IMG/VR virus record: IMGVR_UViG_3300048598_000287
Coordinates: 32,001 to 96,000 of that record
DNA: 64,000 nucleotides
Origin: a virus
Taxonomy: Duplodnaviria > Caudoviricetes
Direction: 5' to 3' (one strand)
Below, piece by piece: positions 37,520-48,441 of this stretch (position 1 is the stretch's first letter; each line of letters begins with the position of its first letter). The notes beneath the pieces are model-generated. The model ran no database searches. It was not told where the DNA came from and saw only the letters and a program-made list of their open reading frames with translations. The position numbers were made by a program, and so were the translations under genes.

Positions 37520-40084
37520 ATGAACACGTTAAAAAAATATGACGAATCGATTTCAAAATGCAAGAGCAAGAAACTTGCAGAAAGAAGGAAGATAAAGGCA
37601 TTTACCGAAGCAATAAAATCTATCGTCGAAGAGCCCCTTCTGGAAAATATAGTGAACGCACATTGCGCTCTATATGAATCAAGATTTGGCCGATTTGCAA
37701 AAGGCGTACATCATTATATCACCAATCAGGCGGAAAATCCTGAAAAGAGCAACGATTGGAGCATAAAGGATGTATATCAGGATAAGTATCACCAGAACAT
37801 TCCCGGACAGCCGCAGCGTCCGACGAGTGGATATCCAGGTACCGGATGGCGGATTCAGCAGGGAAGCAATGATACACATAATCCAAGAACATATGCGCCT
37901 ATTGTCAGAAACTATACATATCAGCGGCAATCGGTTCCGCAAGAAATGCCGGACGACAATCAAGTGATTGATAATCCTCCTCCCCAGGAGCCGGTTACCC
38001 CGCCCGTTCAGCCATCCCCCACTCCGGAAACACCAAAACCCGCCGCATGTGTTACACCCCCATGCCCGACATCCGAAGAAACTAAGGTAGTCAAGAAAAT
38101 AGAAACCCCGGCTCAAGGATCAAATGCCGTGAAGGTTCCGCCAAAGAAAAAAGCGATAAGCAATCCTGCAGTAACATATAAATGGCAAGATAAGGATTTT
38201 TCCGCAGTGACGACATCGTCATGCATGCCTAGCCATCCATATGTAATCCATGTCGCATCGTATGATACCGACGATAAGGATGGCGCAGAACGTCTTGCAT
38301 ATTGTCTTTCAAATGGTATAGATGTCAATTACAAGAAAGGCGGGAAACCAGTAAGCGGGGTATATCTATATCAGCTTAACGGGCAAGGGAAGGGAAGTAC
38401 CCGGTCAAAGGTCTGGCGTGTCAGGGTTGGCTTCTTTGCGTCTCCACAGGCGGCAAGCTATTATGCAACGAATTTCATCACCCCTCTAACAAAGGTCGGG
38501 CGGTTTAGTCAATCCCGGGCTGGCGGAAAGAATGAAGTCACTAAAGGATGGTGGATAGATAAATGTGAAAACGATAAATTCATAGAAGGCACATGGGAAC
38601 TGGGAACTGCGGTAAGCAGCGACTGCTTGGATACAAGCGTATCTCAGACATCGGCATCTAATGAAACTAATGCCGCAGAAGGCGGAGCAGTGAAATCACC
38701 GGCTCAGCCCATGGGAAATGCTGATGCTAAACAACAGTATGATATGTCTGGCTATGATGCCAGCGGATCGTCTTCAAAACTAAGTGACGATATAAATACT
38801 TGGAACGGTGTCATTGATTCGTTCAGCGGATTAGATGGCGATTTCGATGACTGGTATTATGCCAATGGCGCCTTTACTGAGGAAGGCAGGAATCTATTAA
38901 CTCTAGACCCAGATTCTTCTGACAATGGAGTTAAAAAATTTGCCCTCCGCATGTTCTATATATACAAAAATGTGATTGCCTTCGGCGCATATTGTGACAA
39001 ACTTCCAGGAAGCATAAAGGGCGTAGTTATGGATGATCACTGGTATTCATCCGATTCCATCGAAAGCTCAAAGAAAGACATGGTTGATGTGCTGGATGAC
39101 ATGATGGATGAGCTTAAGTCGATATACGGCAAAGACCATGATGTCGAGGAGAGGGACGACTTCTTTGATGAGGTAAACGATTTCAATGACGAGATAAAGA
39201 GCATATATGATGCCCTGGATAACGTCGCCGGTATGACTAACGGTGATTCCGCCGCGACCAAATTCGCACAGGACAATAACGGATACAAGGCCGCCAGCAA
39301 AGGTAAGCCGAGTGCTAAGAATCTCAGCGGATATCTGAAATGGATGGCTATAAACCAGTACCGCATTCAGGTAATAAAGACCAGTTCAGAGCCTGGTGCG
39401 CAAGAGTTCAGTTATTTCAATCCGCAGGATGATTTCAAAGAAGATAAGGATATCCGTCTCAGCGACACCGAAGAAGACTACATAGATACAAAACGGGCAG
39501 CAGCGCTGGTTCCTCAGAATAAAATAGATGAGGTATTAACGAAATTCAGGTCCGGAGAAATGAATCAGGATCAGGCGAACGACGAGCTCAACAGCATGTA
39601 TTCTGTTTCTCTTGACAATATGAAAAAGTCAATGAATGTTCTGTTCAGATTCTCCGGAATAACGGATGATAATCCTAATGCGAACAAGATAAAGCAATAT
39701 TTCATAGATACCCATAATAAGCTTGATGAACCTAATGCCAAGAAAAACTGGGATAAGCTTGTGTCTAACTATAAGGAAAAGCTTACCGAACGCATAGCTG
39801 ACTTCGATAAAGTAAATAAAGACGGAATGACTCCGCAATTGCAAAACATACGGAAGAAATATTCCGACCTTCAGGTTAATGCCGATATGCTAATGAAGGA
39901 TATAAATGCAAATGACGGGGATAGGCTAATAAAAGACTGTCAGGAAATATCTGTTATATTAGAAACCGCAGGAAAAGACGAGGAAACGGAAAAGGCATCA
40001 CCGGCTCCAGTTGTTCCGGCAACTAATAAAGAGAAGATTCAGAAGCCGGTTAAGCCAATTGTTCCAAATCCAAAAAAGAAATGA
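37520..40084 (+). CDS. Large protein with a SPOR-like domain
   Basis: YVIHVASY...AERL...WRVRVGFFASPQAA after a Pro-rich linker; AAGGAG RBS. Confidence 0.7.
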   Translation: MNTLKKYDESISKCKSKKLAERRKIKAFTEAIKSIVEEPLLENIVNAHCALYESRFGRFAKGVHHYITNQAENPEKSNDWSIKDVYQDKYHQNIPGQPQRPTSGYPGTGWRIQQGSNDTHNPRTYAPIVRNYTYQRQSVPQEMPDDNQVIDNPPPQEPVTPPVQPSPTPETPKPAACVTPPCPTSEETKVVKKIETPAQGSNAVKVPPKKKAISNPAVTYKWQDKDFSAVTTSSCMPSHPYVIHVASYDTDDKDGAERLAYCLSNGIDVNYKKGGKPVSGVYLYQLNGQGKGSTRSKVWRVRVGFFASPQAASYYATNFITPLTKVGRFSQSRAGGKNEVTKGWWIDKCENDKFIEGTWELGTAVSSDCLDTSVSQTSASNETNAAEGGAVKSPAQPMGNADAKQQYDMSGYDASGSSSKLSDDINTWNGVIDSFSGLDGDFDDWYYANGAFTEEGRNLLTLDPDSSDNGVKKFALRMFYIYKNVIAFGAYCDKLPGSIKGVVMDDHWYSSDSIESSKKDMVDVLDDMMDELKSIYGKDHDVEERDDFFDEVNDFNDEIKSIYDALDNVAGMTNGDSAATKFAQDNNGYKAASKGKPSAKNLSGYLKWMAINQYRIQVIKTSSEPGAQEFSYFNPQDDFKEDKDIRLSDTEEDYIDTKRAAALVPQNKIDEVLTKFRSGEMNQDQANDELNSMYSVSLDNMKKSMNVLFRFSGITDDNPNANKIKQYFIDTHNKLDEPNAKKNWDKLVSNYKEKLTERIADFDKVNKDGMTPQLQNIRKKYSDLQVNADMLMKDINANDGDRLIKDCQEISVILETAGKDEETEKASPAPVVPATNKEKIQKPVKPIVPNPKKK

Positions 40085-40092
40085 TGCTGATG

Positions 40093-40127
40093 AAAAAAGA
40101 GACCCGGATATCCGGGTCTCTTTTTTT
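40093..40127. terminator. Bidirectional intrinsic terminator
   Basis: AAAAAAGAGACCCGGATATCCGGGTCTCTTTTTTT between convergent genes. Confidence 0.9.
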
Positions 40128-43099
40128 CAGAATAGTTCATTCATTATTTCTTCCTGATTTTCTTCTATGTTATCGCCCCATCCTACCGCCTTGAACAGAC
40201 GGCCAAGGATATTAGATACGGTGACTTTCCAGTGGCCTTCCCAATCCGGGGTAAACAATTTAAGAAGACGAGGAGGAACGGTATCTCCGGTATATCCTAT
40301 GGATGATATGCCAAACGGATTTTCGCACACCTTTATGTATTTCATCTTATCGCCGGAGTGAATCGGTTCATATGGATATTTAGAAAGCTCTCGGTCATTC
40401 AATATAAGATAATTCCACACGCTTGCACTCTTACGTCTCCAGTCTATCTTTTTCAACATTTCCTGATCGAAATGTATCATTTCCTCATATGGAGGAGGTT
40501 CTTCCTTTACGCCGGACGGGCAGGATATTTCAGAGAATGCGCCTTCTATTATTTTTTGACAGTATTCATCCTTTATTTCTATCACGCGTTTTCTAAGCGT
40601 GACCTTATCCATTGTATCAAGCATAAGCTCTACCGTTGTCATCATTCTACCCTTTGAGAACATCGTCGTCGAGCTGCGGACTATTTCCAGTCCGGTTATT
40701 GCAAAATGCGGCTTAATATGTAAATCAGGATCCTTCTTGTCTAGATATACGATGTCTTCGTTGCTTTCGGCAACGCAGATGTATTTCTTCTTGGCGGTAA
40801 CGATTGTCTTGTATATGCATTTCTCTCTTTTGAGGAAAAGTTCATTCGTTCTGAAATTAAACTGATTAGCATAGCCAAGCATGTATTCGGCAAGTTTATC
40901 TTCTAGTATGGACGCATCCAGCATACGGCAAAAATCAGTAAGCCGATATCGGTTTAGAATGACCCTATATTTTTTATTGCTTATCATTCCATCATGATAC
41001 ATTATCTGTAGTTTAGAGAATTTAATCGTGCTGTGTTTTATCTCCTGCAATTCCCTATTTTTAGGGTTCGAGTAAACATCATTGCAGTATGTCTTTGCCG
41101 TGTTCGCAAAAAAGGTCTTATACTGAATCTCATCTTCAGACCTAAATTGCTTCCTAGATAATAGCGAATGTCCATCAAATACAACGACTTCTACTGCTTT
41201 CCCCTGATTCTGCTTAAACTCGGCAAAAATGTCGGAGAACTTAGCATAAAATGAATCGGTGTCTCCATGCGACATTCTCTTCTGCAATACATCCCCTGTT
41301 ATGTCATATCCCCATTCGGATGCCGCATCGACATCCTCAAAGTCTACTTTGCTTTCATCCCAGAATATTTCCCCTACATATTCTGGATTTATCTTAGGAG
41401 AGTATCCGAACGTGTTAATGAACCGTTCATCATGCGAAAGATCATGGTTTATATATTCCGCAAGATGCTTGCATGTATATTTTATGAGTCCCTGGCCGAA
41501 TCCTGTGATTGACGCGGCATTGTCAATGTCATAGAACGCGAAATATGGCGTTCCAAGAAGTCCGTAAAGCGAGTTTCCGAGAACTTTGTATACCTTCTGC
41601 ATCATGTCATAGATGTTCATTAGGTAATCGTCGCCGGCCTTTTCCGCCTGTTTCTTCTTTATCTTAAGCTCTGCGCGTCCATTGAAAAGCTTCCGGGTCA
41701 CCTGAGGAACGACGCCTTCTATGTCGTTACGATAGAATACCTGATATTGTCCGTTATGCGTCCATGGAGACCGGATAAGATATTTCTTTTCCTCTGCGGT
41801 AAGCACATAGCCCAGCGGCTTTATCACCTTGGTTTCCGGACTTATGTTAAACGTCATCATGATGGATGGATACAGAGATCGGTAATCGTACGATACTTCC
41901 GTAGTATAAAATCCGGGGACGGAATATACAAATGCGCCAGGATATTCTTCCTTGACGGTTGGGCGGTACACAGGGAATACCTGATGTTGCTTGTGCAGAT
42001 GGTTAAGCACAAATCCGACCATCATCTTTTTAGATTCGAACACTGAGCTTATAGGAACACGCGCTTCAGCCGATGACATAAGGGCCAGATCGAACATCTT
42101 CGTTTCTTCAAACAGAAGACGCAGAAGCTTTACATCCTTGAAGTTATAATATGCATACTGAGGAAAATAATTCTTCCATGAAAGATATCCATCAGGGAGC
42201 GGTTCCTTATGTTCCCCTACAGTTATCTCTCCTATGTAATCAAGCTTATATGACGACTGTTCCGAAAAAGTATATTTCTTATATAGAGCCAGGAAATCCA
42301 TCACTTCCGTGCCGGCTATATGCAGCTCCTTCTTTTTATCGTCAAAATATACATTTTTATACCCATCGGGCATTCTTGACATCAAGTCAAGAGGCACTTT
42401 AAGTTTTTTTGCTCTCCTGACCATGTATTCGGTATCATAGGAAAAGTTCCATCCGGAAAGGATGGATACGTTGTTGACTCCTATGTCACGGAAAACCGAA
42501 GTGAGAAGTTCCGCTTCTGACTGACACTTTACATATGTGCAGTTCTCGGTTTTATATTTTGCCTCGACATCTGCATCGATGTCTCCAGTACCGTACTGGA
42601 TATATCTATTTTCCTTAGTATAATGTATTGCGACTAGGTTTATCGGATATTCAGCCAGCCACGGAACAGGGAACCTTCCTACCGTTGCAACTTCGATATC
42701 TAGGAATCCTATATTTAAATCGCATACATTTGGATGATCTATTTCATATCCGTCATATAGCTGCTGTAAAAAACGGCAGCGCTGGTCTATGTCTATCTCA
42801 TTGAAATGGTTTAACTGTCCCTCATACCTGCCTTTTATCTCACGCTCTTCCTCATTTGATAAATAGAATTCATACACATCATTCCCAAATATGTCTTTCA
42901 TCCCGCATTCGACGGCGCCGAATTCTCCTTTACGGTTAGTGTATGAACGGTGTCTTACCGGTAGTATTTCCTTCTTACCGTCCACATACCACATGAACAT
43001 CTGATCACTTTTCTTGTCGTGGTAGATGCATTCCCACATCGGTTTGGTCTTTGACTGTGTAGCTTCCATTATATCCTCTGAAATATGCATTTCTTGCAT
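40127..43099 (-). CDS. Family B DNA polymerase (T4 gp43-like)
   Basis: ExoI DIE, GWN, YKLDYI, DYRSLYPSI, KVLGNSLYG, GDTDS, KKKY. Confidence 0.95.
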   Translation of the reverse strand: MQEMHISEDIMEATQSKTKPMWECIYHDKKSDQMFMWYVDGKKEILPVRHRSYTNRKGEFGAVECGMKDIFGNDVYEFYLSNEEEREIKGRYEGQLNHFNEIDIDQRCRFLQQLYDGYEIDHPNVCDLNIGFLDIEVATVGRFPVPWLAEYPINLVAIHYTKENRYIQYGTGDIDADVEAKYKTENCTYVKCQSEAELLTSVFRDIGVNNVSILSGWNFSYDTEYMVRRAKKLKVPLDLMSRMPDGYKNVYFDDKKKELHIAGTEVMDFLALYKKYTFSEQSSYKLDYIGEITVGEHKEPLPDGYLSWKNYFPQYAYYNFKDVKLLRLLFEETKMFDLALMSSAEARVPISSVFESKKMMVGFVLNHLHKQHQVFPVYRPTVKEEYPGAFVYSVPGFYTTEVSYDYRSLYPSIMMTFNISPETKVIKPLGYVLTAEEKKYLIRSPWTHNGQYQVFYRNDIEGVVPQVTRKLFNGRAELKIKKKQAEKAGDDYLMNIYDMMQKVYKVLGNSLYGLLGTPYFAFYDIDNAASITGFGQGLIKYTCKHLAEYINHDLSHDERFINTFGYSPKINPEYVGEIFWDESKVDFEDVDAASEWGYDITGDVLQKRMSHGDTDSFYAKFSDIFAEFKQNQGKAVEVVVFDGHSLLSRKQFRSEDEIQYKTFFANTAKTYCNDVYSNPKNRELQEIKHSTIKFSKLQIMYHDGMISNKKYRVILNRYRLTDFCRMLDASILEDKLAEYMLGYANQFNFRTNELFLKREKCIYKTIVTAKKKYICVAESNEDIVYLDKKDPDLHIKPHFAITGLEIVRSSTTMFSKGRMMTTVELMLDTMDKVTLRKRVIEIKDEYCQKIIEGAFSEISCPSGVKEEPPPYEEMIHFDQEMLKKIDWRRKSASVWNYLILNDRELSKYPYEPIHSGDKMKYIKVCENPFGISSIGYTGDTVPPRLLKLFTPDWEGHWKVTVSNILGRLFKAVGWGDNIEENQEEIMNELF

Positions 43100-43170
43100 A
43101 TCTAATTAATCGCGGAATCCGTTACAAAAAATCCACCAAAATCGATCATGCGACCGCCTTGGCTGATTCT

Positions 43171-43482
43171 CTAGGTTTGTAAACCCTGTAACGGAGCGAC
43201 AACAGTATTTACCTCATATTCTTTTATGATTTCAATTATATGCTCATATCTGATGCCAATAACGCCAGTCTTATTCTTTTGCTCCGAGAAAATCACGCGC
43301 CGGATTTGCACTTTATCACATAGATTATCTAAACATAACCTAGGGTCAAATATGACAACATCTTGCCATGTTCTATATTCAATATCATCATTAGGGATAA
43401 TTGGGTTAACTGGAATTATATGTGATGCAAATAGCGTAGGTTCGGTTTTTTTAATACGGGGGATTTTCATAGAATACACCAA
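43171..43482 (-). CDS. Hypothetical protein
   Basis: 103-aa ORF. Confidence 0.5.
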   Translation of the reverse strand: MVYSMKIPRIKKTEPTLFASHIIPVNPIIPNDDIEYRTWQDVVIFDPRLCLDNLCDKVQIRRVIFSEQKNKTGVIGIRYEHIIEIIKEYEVNTVVAPLQGLQT

Positions 43483-43817
43483 GTGATGATTATCTGGATT
43501 AAATGGTACAACTGATCGCGGGTAAGGCTGATAGAATGCTTGTTCGCCTTTTCATCATCTATTGCATAATGGACCGCAGCATTCACCGAAAACATTATGA
43601 AGAACAAGAATGTCACATGATGGCATATAAACAGGGGAAGCATTACGATGAACGTCCATTCCACTGAATGAATGAGCAAGGCAGTTTTATAATCATTGGC
43701 GCATAGTTCTTGCGGGCAATGATTTTTCCACCAGTCCTTGCATTTAAGATTTGCCAGGCAGCCCTGCAAGTGGAAATCTGCTATAATATGCAAAATGATC
43801 ATTATGAAAAGTATCAT
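43467..43817 (-). CDS. DUF3307-like membrane protein
   Basis: HIIADFHLQ, HYAID, DQLYH motifs. Confidence 0.8.
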   Translation of the reverse strand: MILFIMIILHIIADFHLQGCLANLKCKDWWKNHCPQELCANDYKTALLIHSVEWTFIVMLPLFICHHVTFLFFIMFSVNAAVHYAIDDEKANKHSISLTRDQLYHLIQIIITWCIL

Positions 43818-43908
43818 GGTTATCCTTATGAAAAAGCTATTTAGCTTAAATATATTCAGTTTTGCAACTATTCAGACATTTAAAAAACAAATCATCTAAT
43901 TCAGCAGG

Positions 43909-44451
43909 TCATTTTCTAGGAAGAGTCAATATTTCATCATGGATCTGATGAACATATGAATTTCCGCCAAGATTGCAGTAAACATCATAAAGTGCAAGGA
44001 AATTCTGCTTTTGAAAATCAGATATGCCTTCGTTTTTCATGGCTAGGTCATATATTCGGGTAAGCGCGTCTCTTGCCGTGCATAAAGCATGTGCTTTTAA
44101 TAATGCAATATCTGTACTATGGCTTGTATCGGTTTTCTGCATTTCTTTAACTATCTTGTTAAGTTCATCCAGAGCTTTCTTTGTGCACGCTTCTCCTTCC
44201 TGATGGTCCTTCTTTATGTCATCAAGAAGTGAATGCATAGTTTCCGATTCTTTCTTTTGCTCTTTTATGTCGGCGATAGCTTCGCTCACTGATGCGTATA
44301 ATTTTTTCTTTGTCTCGATATCGCTAAACAATCTAACTATGGCCGTTCTAACCGGTTTAACTATCACCGCCAGTACGGTTAATATAGCCGTTACACTACC
44401 AGCAACCGTTCCTGCAAAACTCATAACTGATGATATATCGCCCATCGTCAT
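43909..44451 (-). CDS. Membrane-anchored protein, possibly lysis-associated
   Basis: N-terminal TM, coiled coil, C-terminal YxxYxxLGGN motif. Confidence 0.6.
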   Translation of the reverse strand: MTMGDISSVMSFAGTVAGSVTAILTVLAVIVKPVRTAIVRLFSDIETKKKLYASVSEAIADIKEQKKESETMHSLLDDIKKDHQEGEACTKKALDELNKIVKEMQKTDTSHSTDIALLKAHALCTARDALTRIYDLAMKNEGISDFQKQNFLALYDVYCNLGGNSYVHQIHDEILTLPRK

Positions 44452-44553
44452 CGAACATTCTCACATCTTATTGCCATATATTGTTTATAAGTTTTTGATA
44501 ACAATTAAAACAGATTATTCATGAAAATGCAAAAAATAATAGCCAATTGGCAA

Positions 44554-45216
44554 TCATCTCTGCTTAGGCTTCCTGAACGAATATTTATCGAATCCCTTCG
44601 ATTCCGCTATCACCTTGTCGGATCCTACAGGCATCTCCGGATGCCCGTCATGCGCCAGCTGATTTCCTATGAACATCTGCAGTTCCTGCACTGCCGTATA
44701 AGGATCGATTACTGACGCAAACCCAAGTCGTTTAAGTTCCGGGTTCTTCTCGGCGACAACTGATCCATGAACATCATACCGCATTGCATAGATGGGGGCG
44801 TCCAGCGTGACGAACATGTCCTCGGTAATAGCCTTCATATTAGATACATCCGGCATAACGACCAGCCCGGAGAACAGGTACCTGTAGTATGCGTTGTGGC
44901 ATTCCATGAATTTCGCATAGTCAACATTTATCCATTTGTCATCCATGGCATCCGGCGTCCTGTCAGGAATCTTCTTTATCATATAATAGATCTTACCGCA
45001 GAATCCGACGATAATACGATCATAATCATCTTCTCTACACAGTCCTCGGTATATATTATCATATAGTGTGCACGTCGATTCTTTCTTAAAGATGGACCCG
45101 CCGGCATTAGAAATCAGGATGACATCTTCCGATTTCCTGATATATACTGGATCCTCTGAATAGAATGCCTTCAATGCACCATCATAGTAATCGTGAAATT
45201 TAGAAATCAGTCTCAT
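44554..45216 (-). CDS. Conserved phage hypothetical protein
   Basis: SKFHDYYD, IVGFCGKIY, KGFDKYSFRK. Confidence 0.7.
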   Translation of the reverse strand: MRLISKFHDYYDGALKAFYSEDPVYIRKSEDVILISNAGGSIFKKESTCTLYDNIYRGLCREDDYDRIIVGFCGKIYYMIKKIPDRTPDAMDDKWINVDYAKFMECHNAYYRYLFSGLVVMPDVSNMKAITEDMFVTLDAPIYAMRYDVHGSVVAEKNPELKRLGFASVIDPYTAVQELQMFIGNQLAHDGHPEMPVGSDKVIAESKGFDKYSFRKPKQR

Positions 45217-45419
45217 ATATCAAATCTCCTGTGCATGTCAGCATCCGACATGGTAAATGACCTAATCTCTGCAGCATCGCGTTTCGCATTCCGTTCCATC
45301 ATTTTCGCCAGCTCAGTGACATCGGTCGTAGTTGGCTTAATGACCGCCGAATCTCGTTTAGCATTATGTTCCATCCTGTTAGCAAGAGATGTCAGATAAT
45401 CATCATTATTAATGTCCAT
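45213..45419 (-). CDS. Small protein with an internal repeat
   Basis: LAxxMExNAKRD twice. Confidence 0.6.
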   Translation of the reverse strand: MDINNDDYLTSLANRMEHNAKRDSAVIKPTTTDVTELAKMMERNAKRDAAEIRSFTMSDADMHRRFDI

Positions 45420-45444
45420 AGTGTATCACCTCAACGTACGGAGC

Positions 45445-45765
45445 CTATTTCTCCACTATTTGATAGTTTACATTTTCGCCGAACTCCCACATTGTATGGA
45501 GTAGATCTATATTATGTTCGGAACAGAATTTTTCCGCCGCTTCATGGTTATCGAATGCGATGAATTCAGATTCGCCTCCTTTTCCAATCCAGGCGTATTG
45601 ATAGTATAGATTATTATCCTCTATAAATCTGCACGTTCTATACGAATCGGGTTCACGATATATACCTAAAATGGCGTGATAATCCGTAGTTGTACAGGGG
45701 AATTCTAATCCATTACTCATCTTCTCTATATAGAAGGCCATAGTATCCTCACTCGATACATTCAC
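45445..45765 (-). CDS. Hypothetical protein
   Basis: 106 aa, coupled to the upstream gene. Confidence 0.6.
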   Translation of the reverse strand: MNVSSEDTMAFYIEKMSNGLEFPCTTTDYHAILGIYREPDSYRTCRFIEDNNLYYQYAWIGKGGESEFIAFDNHEAAEKFCSEHNIDLLHTMWEFGENVNYQIVEK

Positions 45766-46916
45766 CTTTTTTGCAGAAGGTATTCATTCGATACTGCCTT
45801 GAACGAATGCATGCCATCTGTGCTTCTGAAAACGATGCCTTCGCGGATCTTTCCGTCAATTACGGACATTCCATCAGCCATCGTAAGAATTGTATGCGCG
45901 TCATCGGGAATATCTATCTCCCCGAATCCTAATGTAGGAACCCAGGGAATACCGTATTCAGCTAGAATTTTCTTTCCTTCTATGCTTCCATATCGCTTTC
46001 CATCCACGATCAGGTTAAATGCTGCGATATCCTGACCCTGAAGAGAATAAGTCCGTTTCTGCACACCCTTCCCGTATATTTCTCCCTGGATCGTCACATA
46101 CGACTTAGCACCGTGCGACTTAGCTATCCTAGAAAGAACCGAGTTAATCTCATACCGTTTAGAGATATCAGTATACTTTCCTGATGCAGATGGATGAATG
46201 ACCCGGTTTCTACTGCATATGTAATACCGGTCACGTTTAAACAGCGAACCTATTTTAAGGGTGAATGTGGAGCTGGTTCCATCGATTTTCTCCGTTGCTA
46301 TCCACTTTCCATGGTAAATGGCCTTAAGCCTGCCTATGTTTATGTTCTGGCAGCGTTCTTCGTCTGTCTTGATAACCCATGCAGGCCAGGAGAATTCAGG
46401 CTTAGCGAGCTTAGTTGCAACACGGACGGCATGCTGTATGATGGCACGGGTTGCCGAGAATTTCATGAAGAATCTAATAATCGGGACGCTCATAAGTTTC
46501 TTGTTTGCCTTTTTCTCAATGGTCTCCGAGTTTTCCTTTTCCGATGCGTCATCCGAATCATAATAGGTAACGCCAAGAAGTGCGGTGCAATCGGCATCGT
46601 CATCCGTCGGAATAGGCACATCGAAAGCCGTGACAGGCAGAGCAAGACCCTGGGAAATGACGCCGAATTTTCCAAGTTTCATCGTCTTGATTTTGTATTT
46701 CCGGGAAGCAAGGAATTCGCTCCATGGCTTTTCAGGAACCTTCGAGTCTATTTCGAAATACACGCACTGGTCTCCTTTCCTGAATTCACCCTTCTTAGCG
46801 ACGAGTGTCCATGAATTAACCATTACCAGCTCAATATTATCCGCCCCATCGATGGGAAGGACATTGGCTATACGTTCCGTATACGCCAGCATTCGGTTCT
46901 GATTTTTATCAAGCAT
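45762..46916 (-). CDS. RNA ligase, DRB0094 family
   Basis: PIDGADNIE, YFEIDS, SQGL, KTDEERCQN, TEKIDGTS, QGEIYG, REGIV, SFKAVSNEYL. Confidence 0.9.
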   Translation of the reverse strand: MLDKNQNRMLAYTERIANVLPIDGADNIELVMVNSWTLVAKKGEFRKGDQCVYFEIDSKVPEKPWSEFLASRKYKIKTMKLGKFGVISQGLALPVTAFDVPIPTDDDADCTALLGVTYYDSDDASEKENSETIEKKANKKLMSVPIIRFFMKFSATRAIIQHAVRVATKLAKPEFSWPAWVIKTDEERCQNINIGRLKAIYHGKWIATEKIDGTSSTFTLKIGSLFKRDRYYICSRNRVIHPSASGKYTDISKRYEINSVLSRIAKSHGAKSYVTIQGEIYGKGVQKRTYSLQGQDIAAFNLIVDGKRYGSIEGKKILAEYGIPWVPTLGFGEIDIPDDAHTILTMADGMSVIDGKIREGIVFRSTDGMHSFKAVSNEYLLQKR

Positions 46917-46966
46917 GACATTTCTCCTGTGAGGTAAAATATGAAATCATGAATATGATACCATTG

Positions 46967-47215
46967 CTAATTAAGGTACCGTGTTCCCGTATGTTCCGTT
47001 TGCAGCGACCAATTAGTATATGACATGCAAATCGTTCCTAGTATTAGGGTGCAATCGAAACAGGAATCTTTGTTTTTACGTCTGCCGCCATTTTCATGAA
47101 ACGCGATCCGAGGCGTCCATTCTTTATGATCAGCATTTATGCTGATAGATTTTGTACCTTTATCAAACCATAAGCTGAAGGATCGTTTACCTAGTTTCTG
47201 GATATACATAATCAT
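46967..47215 (-). CDS. Hypothetical protein
   Basis: AAGGAG RBS before MIMYIQ. Confidence 0.55.
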   Translation of the reverse strand: MIMYIQKLGKRSFSLWFDKGTKSISINADHKEWTPRIAFHENGGRRKNKDSCFDCTLILGTICMSYTNWSLQTEHTGTRYLN

Positions 47216-47223
47216 TTCTCCTT

Positions 47224-47616
47224 TTAATGAATTAGTGACCATACCGCGCATGTTAGAAACGTGCACATTTTTTTGAAGACTGGAAATCCCTTGTCATCAA
47301 TATACAAATCCGATGTTATCTTCCGTCCATAAAGATGTCCGCATTCTCCCCATTTCTCGCCTACGTTGCCGTTAACGGCATTGAACTCAAGCCCGTAGCT
47401 ATGGCAAAAAGAAATAGCATCAGCAAGATAATTGCCATCAGGATACCATTTCCCCCCGTAATTTTCCCGGCAAGTCCATAGGATTATACTATCGCCCATA
47501 TTTTTGCGGTGCTTCAGCCACCATATCAAGAACCGGTTGGGGCACCCGTTATGCGCCATGGGAAAGGAGCATCCCGTAGCAATAGTTCCGTCAAAGTCAA
47601 CAGCTATTGTAGCCAT
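47224..47616 (-). CDS. HAD-superfamily phosphatase
   Basis: IAVDFDGTI, LWTCR, LYIDDK. Confidence 0.85.
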   Translation of the reverse strand: MATIAVDFDGTIATGCSFPMAHNGCPNRFLIWWLKHRKNMGDSIILWTCRENYGGKWYPDGNYLADAISFCHSYGLEFNAVNGNVGEKWGECGHLYGRKITSDLYIDDKGFPVFKKMCTFLTCAVWSLIH

Positions 47617-47617
47617 G

Positions 47618-48400
47618 TCATACCTCTATGATGAAATCATTCTGTGACAGATTATTTAGACTATATGGATGCTCTGTACCGTCAAACCCAGAATAATATC
47701 CATACGGATTGCATAAGATGACCGTATCCTTGTACCGAGACACATGAGCATCATGGGTATGACCGCATATCCAGTATTTCACCCCTGACCAGTCGTAGTT
47801 ACCCGGATAGAAATAGAAATACTTGTTAGCGGCACTCCACTTGTATTCCGGATTTGTATTTATCGTGACTGGTGCGAAATGTGTCATCATTATGTCCGGA
47901 TGCTGAGCCAGGACAGCCCTGAGCTTCCCCTGCTCCTTAACCGTTGCACTGCGGAGATTGCCATAGTTCATATTGGCACCGTCGAACCATTCATGTTTCC
48001 ATCGGAACTCTACCAGAGGATCATCAAAATCAGGATCCCACCACCCAGTACATCCCCCGATCCGGAAAGATCCTAATGGTTCCACCGTGCCGTCAAGCAT
48101 ATGAAGGTTCGTGTGGGATGATGAAAAAGTGCGGACCGCATCTATCTTCCTTTCCGTGGTGCCGATCGTCTTAGCGTCCCAATGCACGCACAGGTCGTGG
48201 TTACCAAGACAGAAGAAACATTGCGGGTATGCGTCTGACGCAGCTGACAACGCGGACTGTATTTCATCGATGGAGTTTCCGAAATCTCCTGCCATCAGTA
48301 TGGCGTCAGCCGGATACTTATCGGCGGAAATAATTTCCTCCGGTGTCTTAACTCCTTTCCAGCTATCTATGTGAATGTCAGACAGAACGCGAAGTTTCAT
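47618..48400 (-). CDS. Metallophosphoesterase
   Basis: SDIH, AGD, GNHD, THFAP, GHTH, NPYGY. Confidence 0.9.
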   Translation of the reverse strand: MKLRVLSDIHIDSWKGVKTPEEIISADKYPADAILMAGDFGNSIDEIQSALSAASDAYPQCFFCLGNHDLCVHWDAKTIGTTERKIDAVRTFSSSHTNLHMLDGTVEPLGSFRIGGCTGWWDPDFDDPLVEFRWKHEWFDGANMNYGNLRSATVKEQGKLRAVLAQHPDIMMTHFAPVTINTNPEYKWSAANKYFYFYPGNYDWSGVKYWICGHTHDAHVSRYKDTVILCNPYGYYSGFDGTEHPYSLNNLSQNDFIIEV

Positions 48401-48441
48401 AGAAATCCCTTGGTATAATGTTCATATTTATATACTATCTC

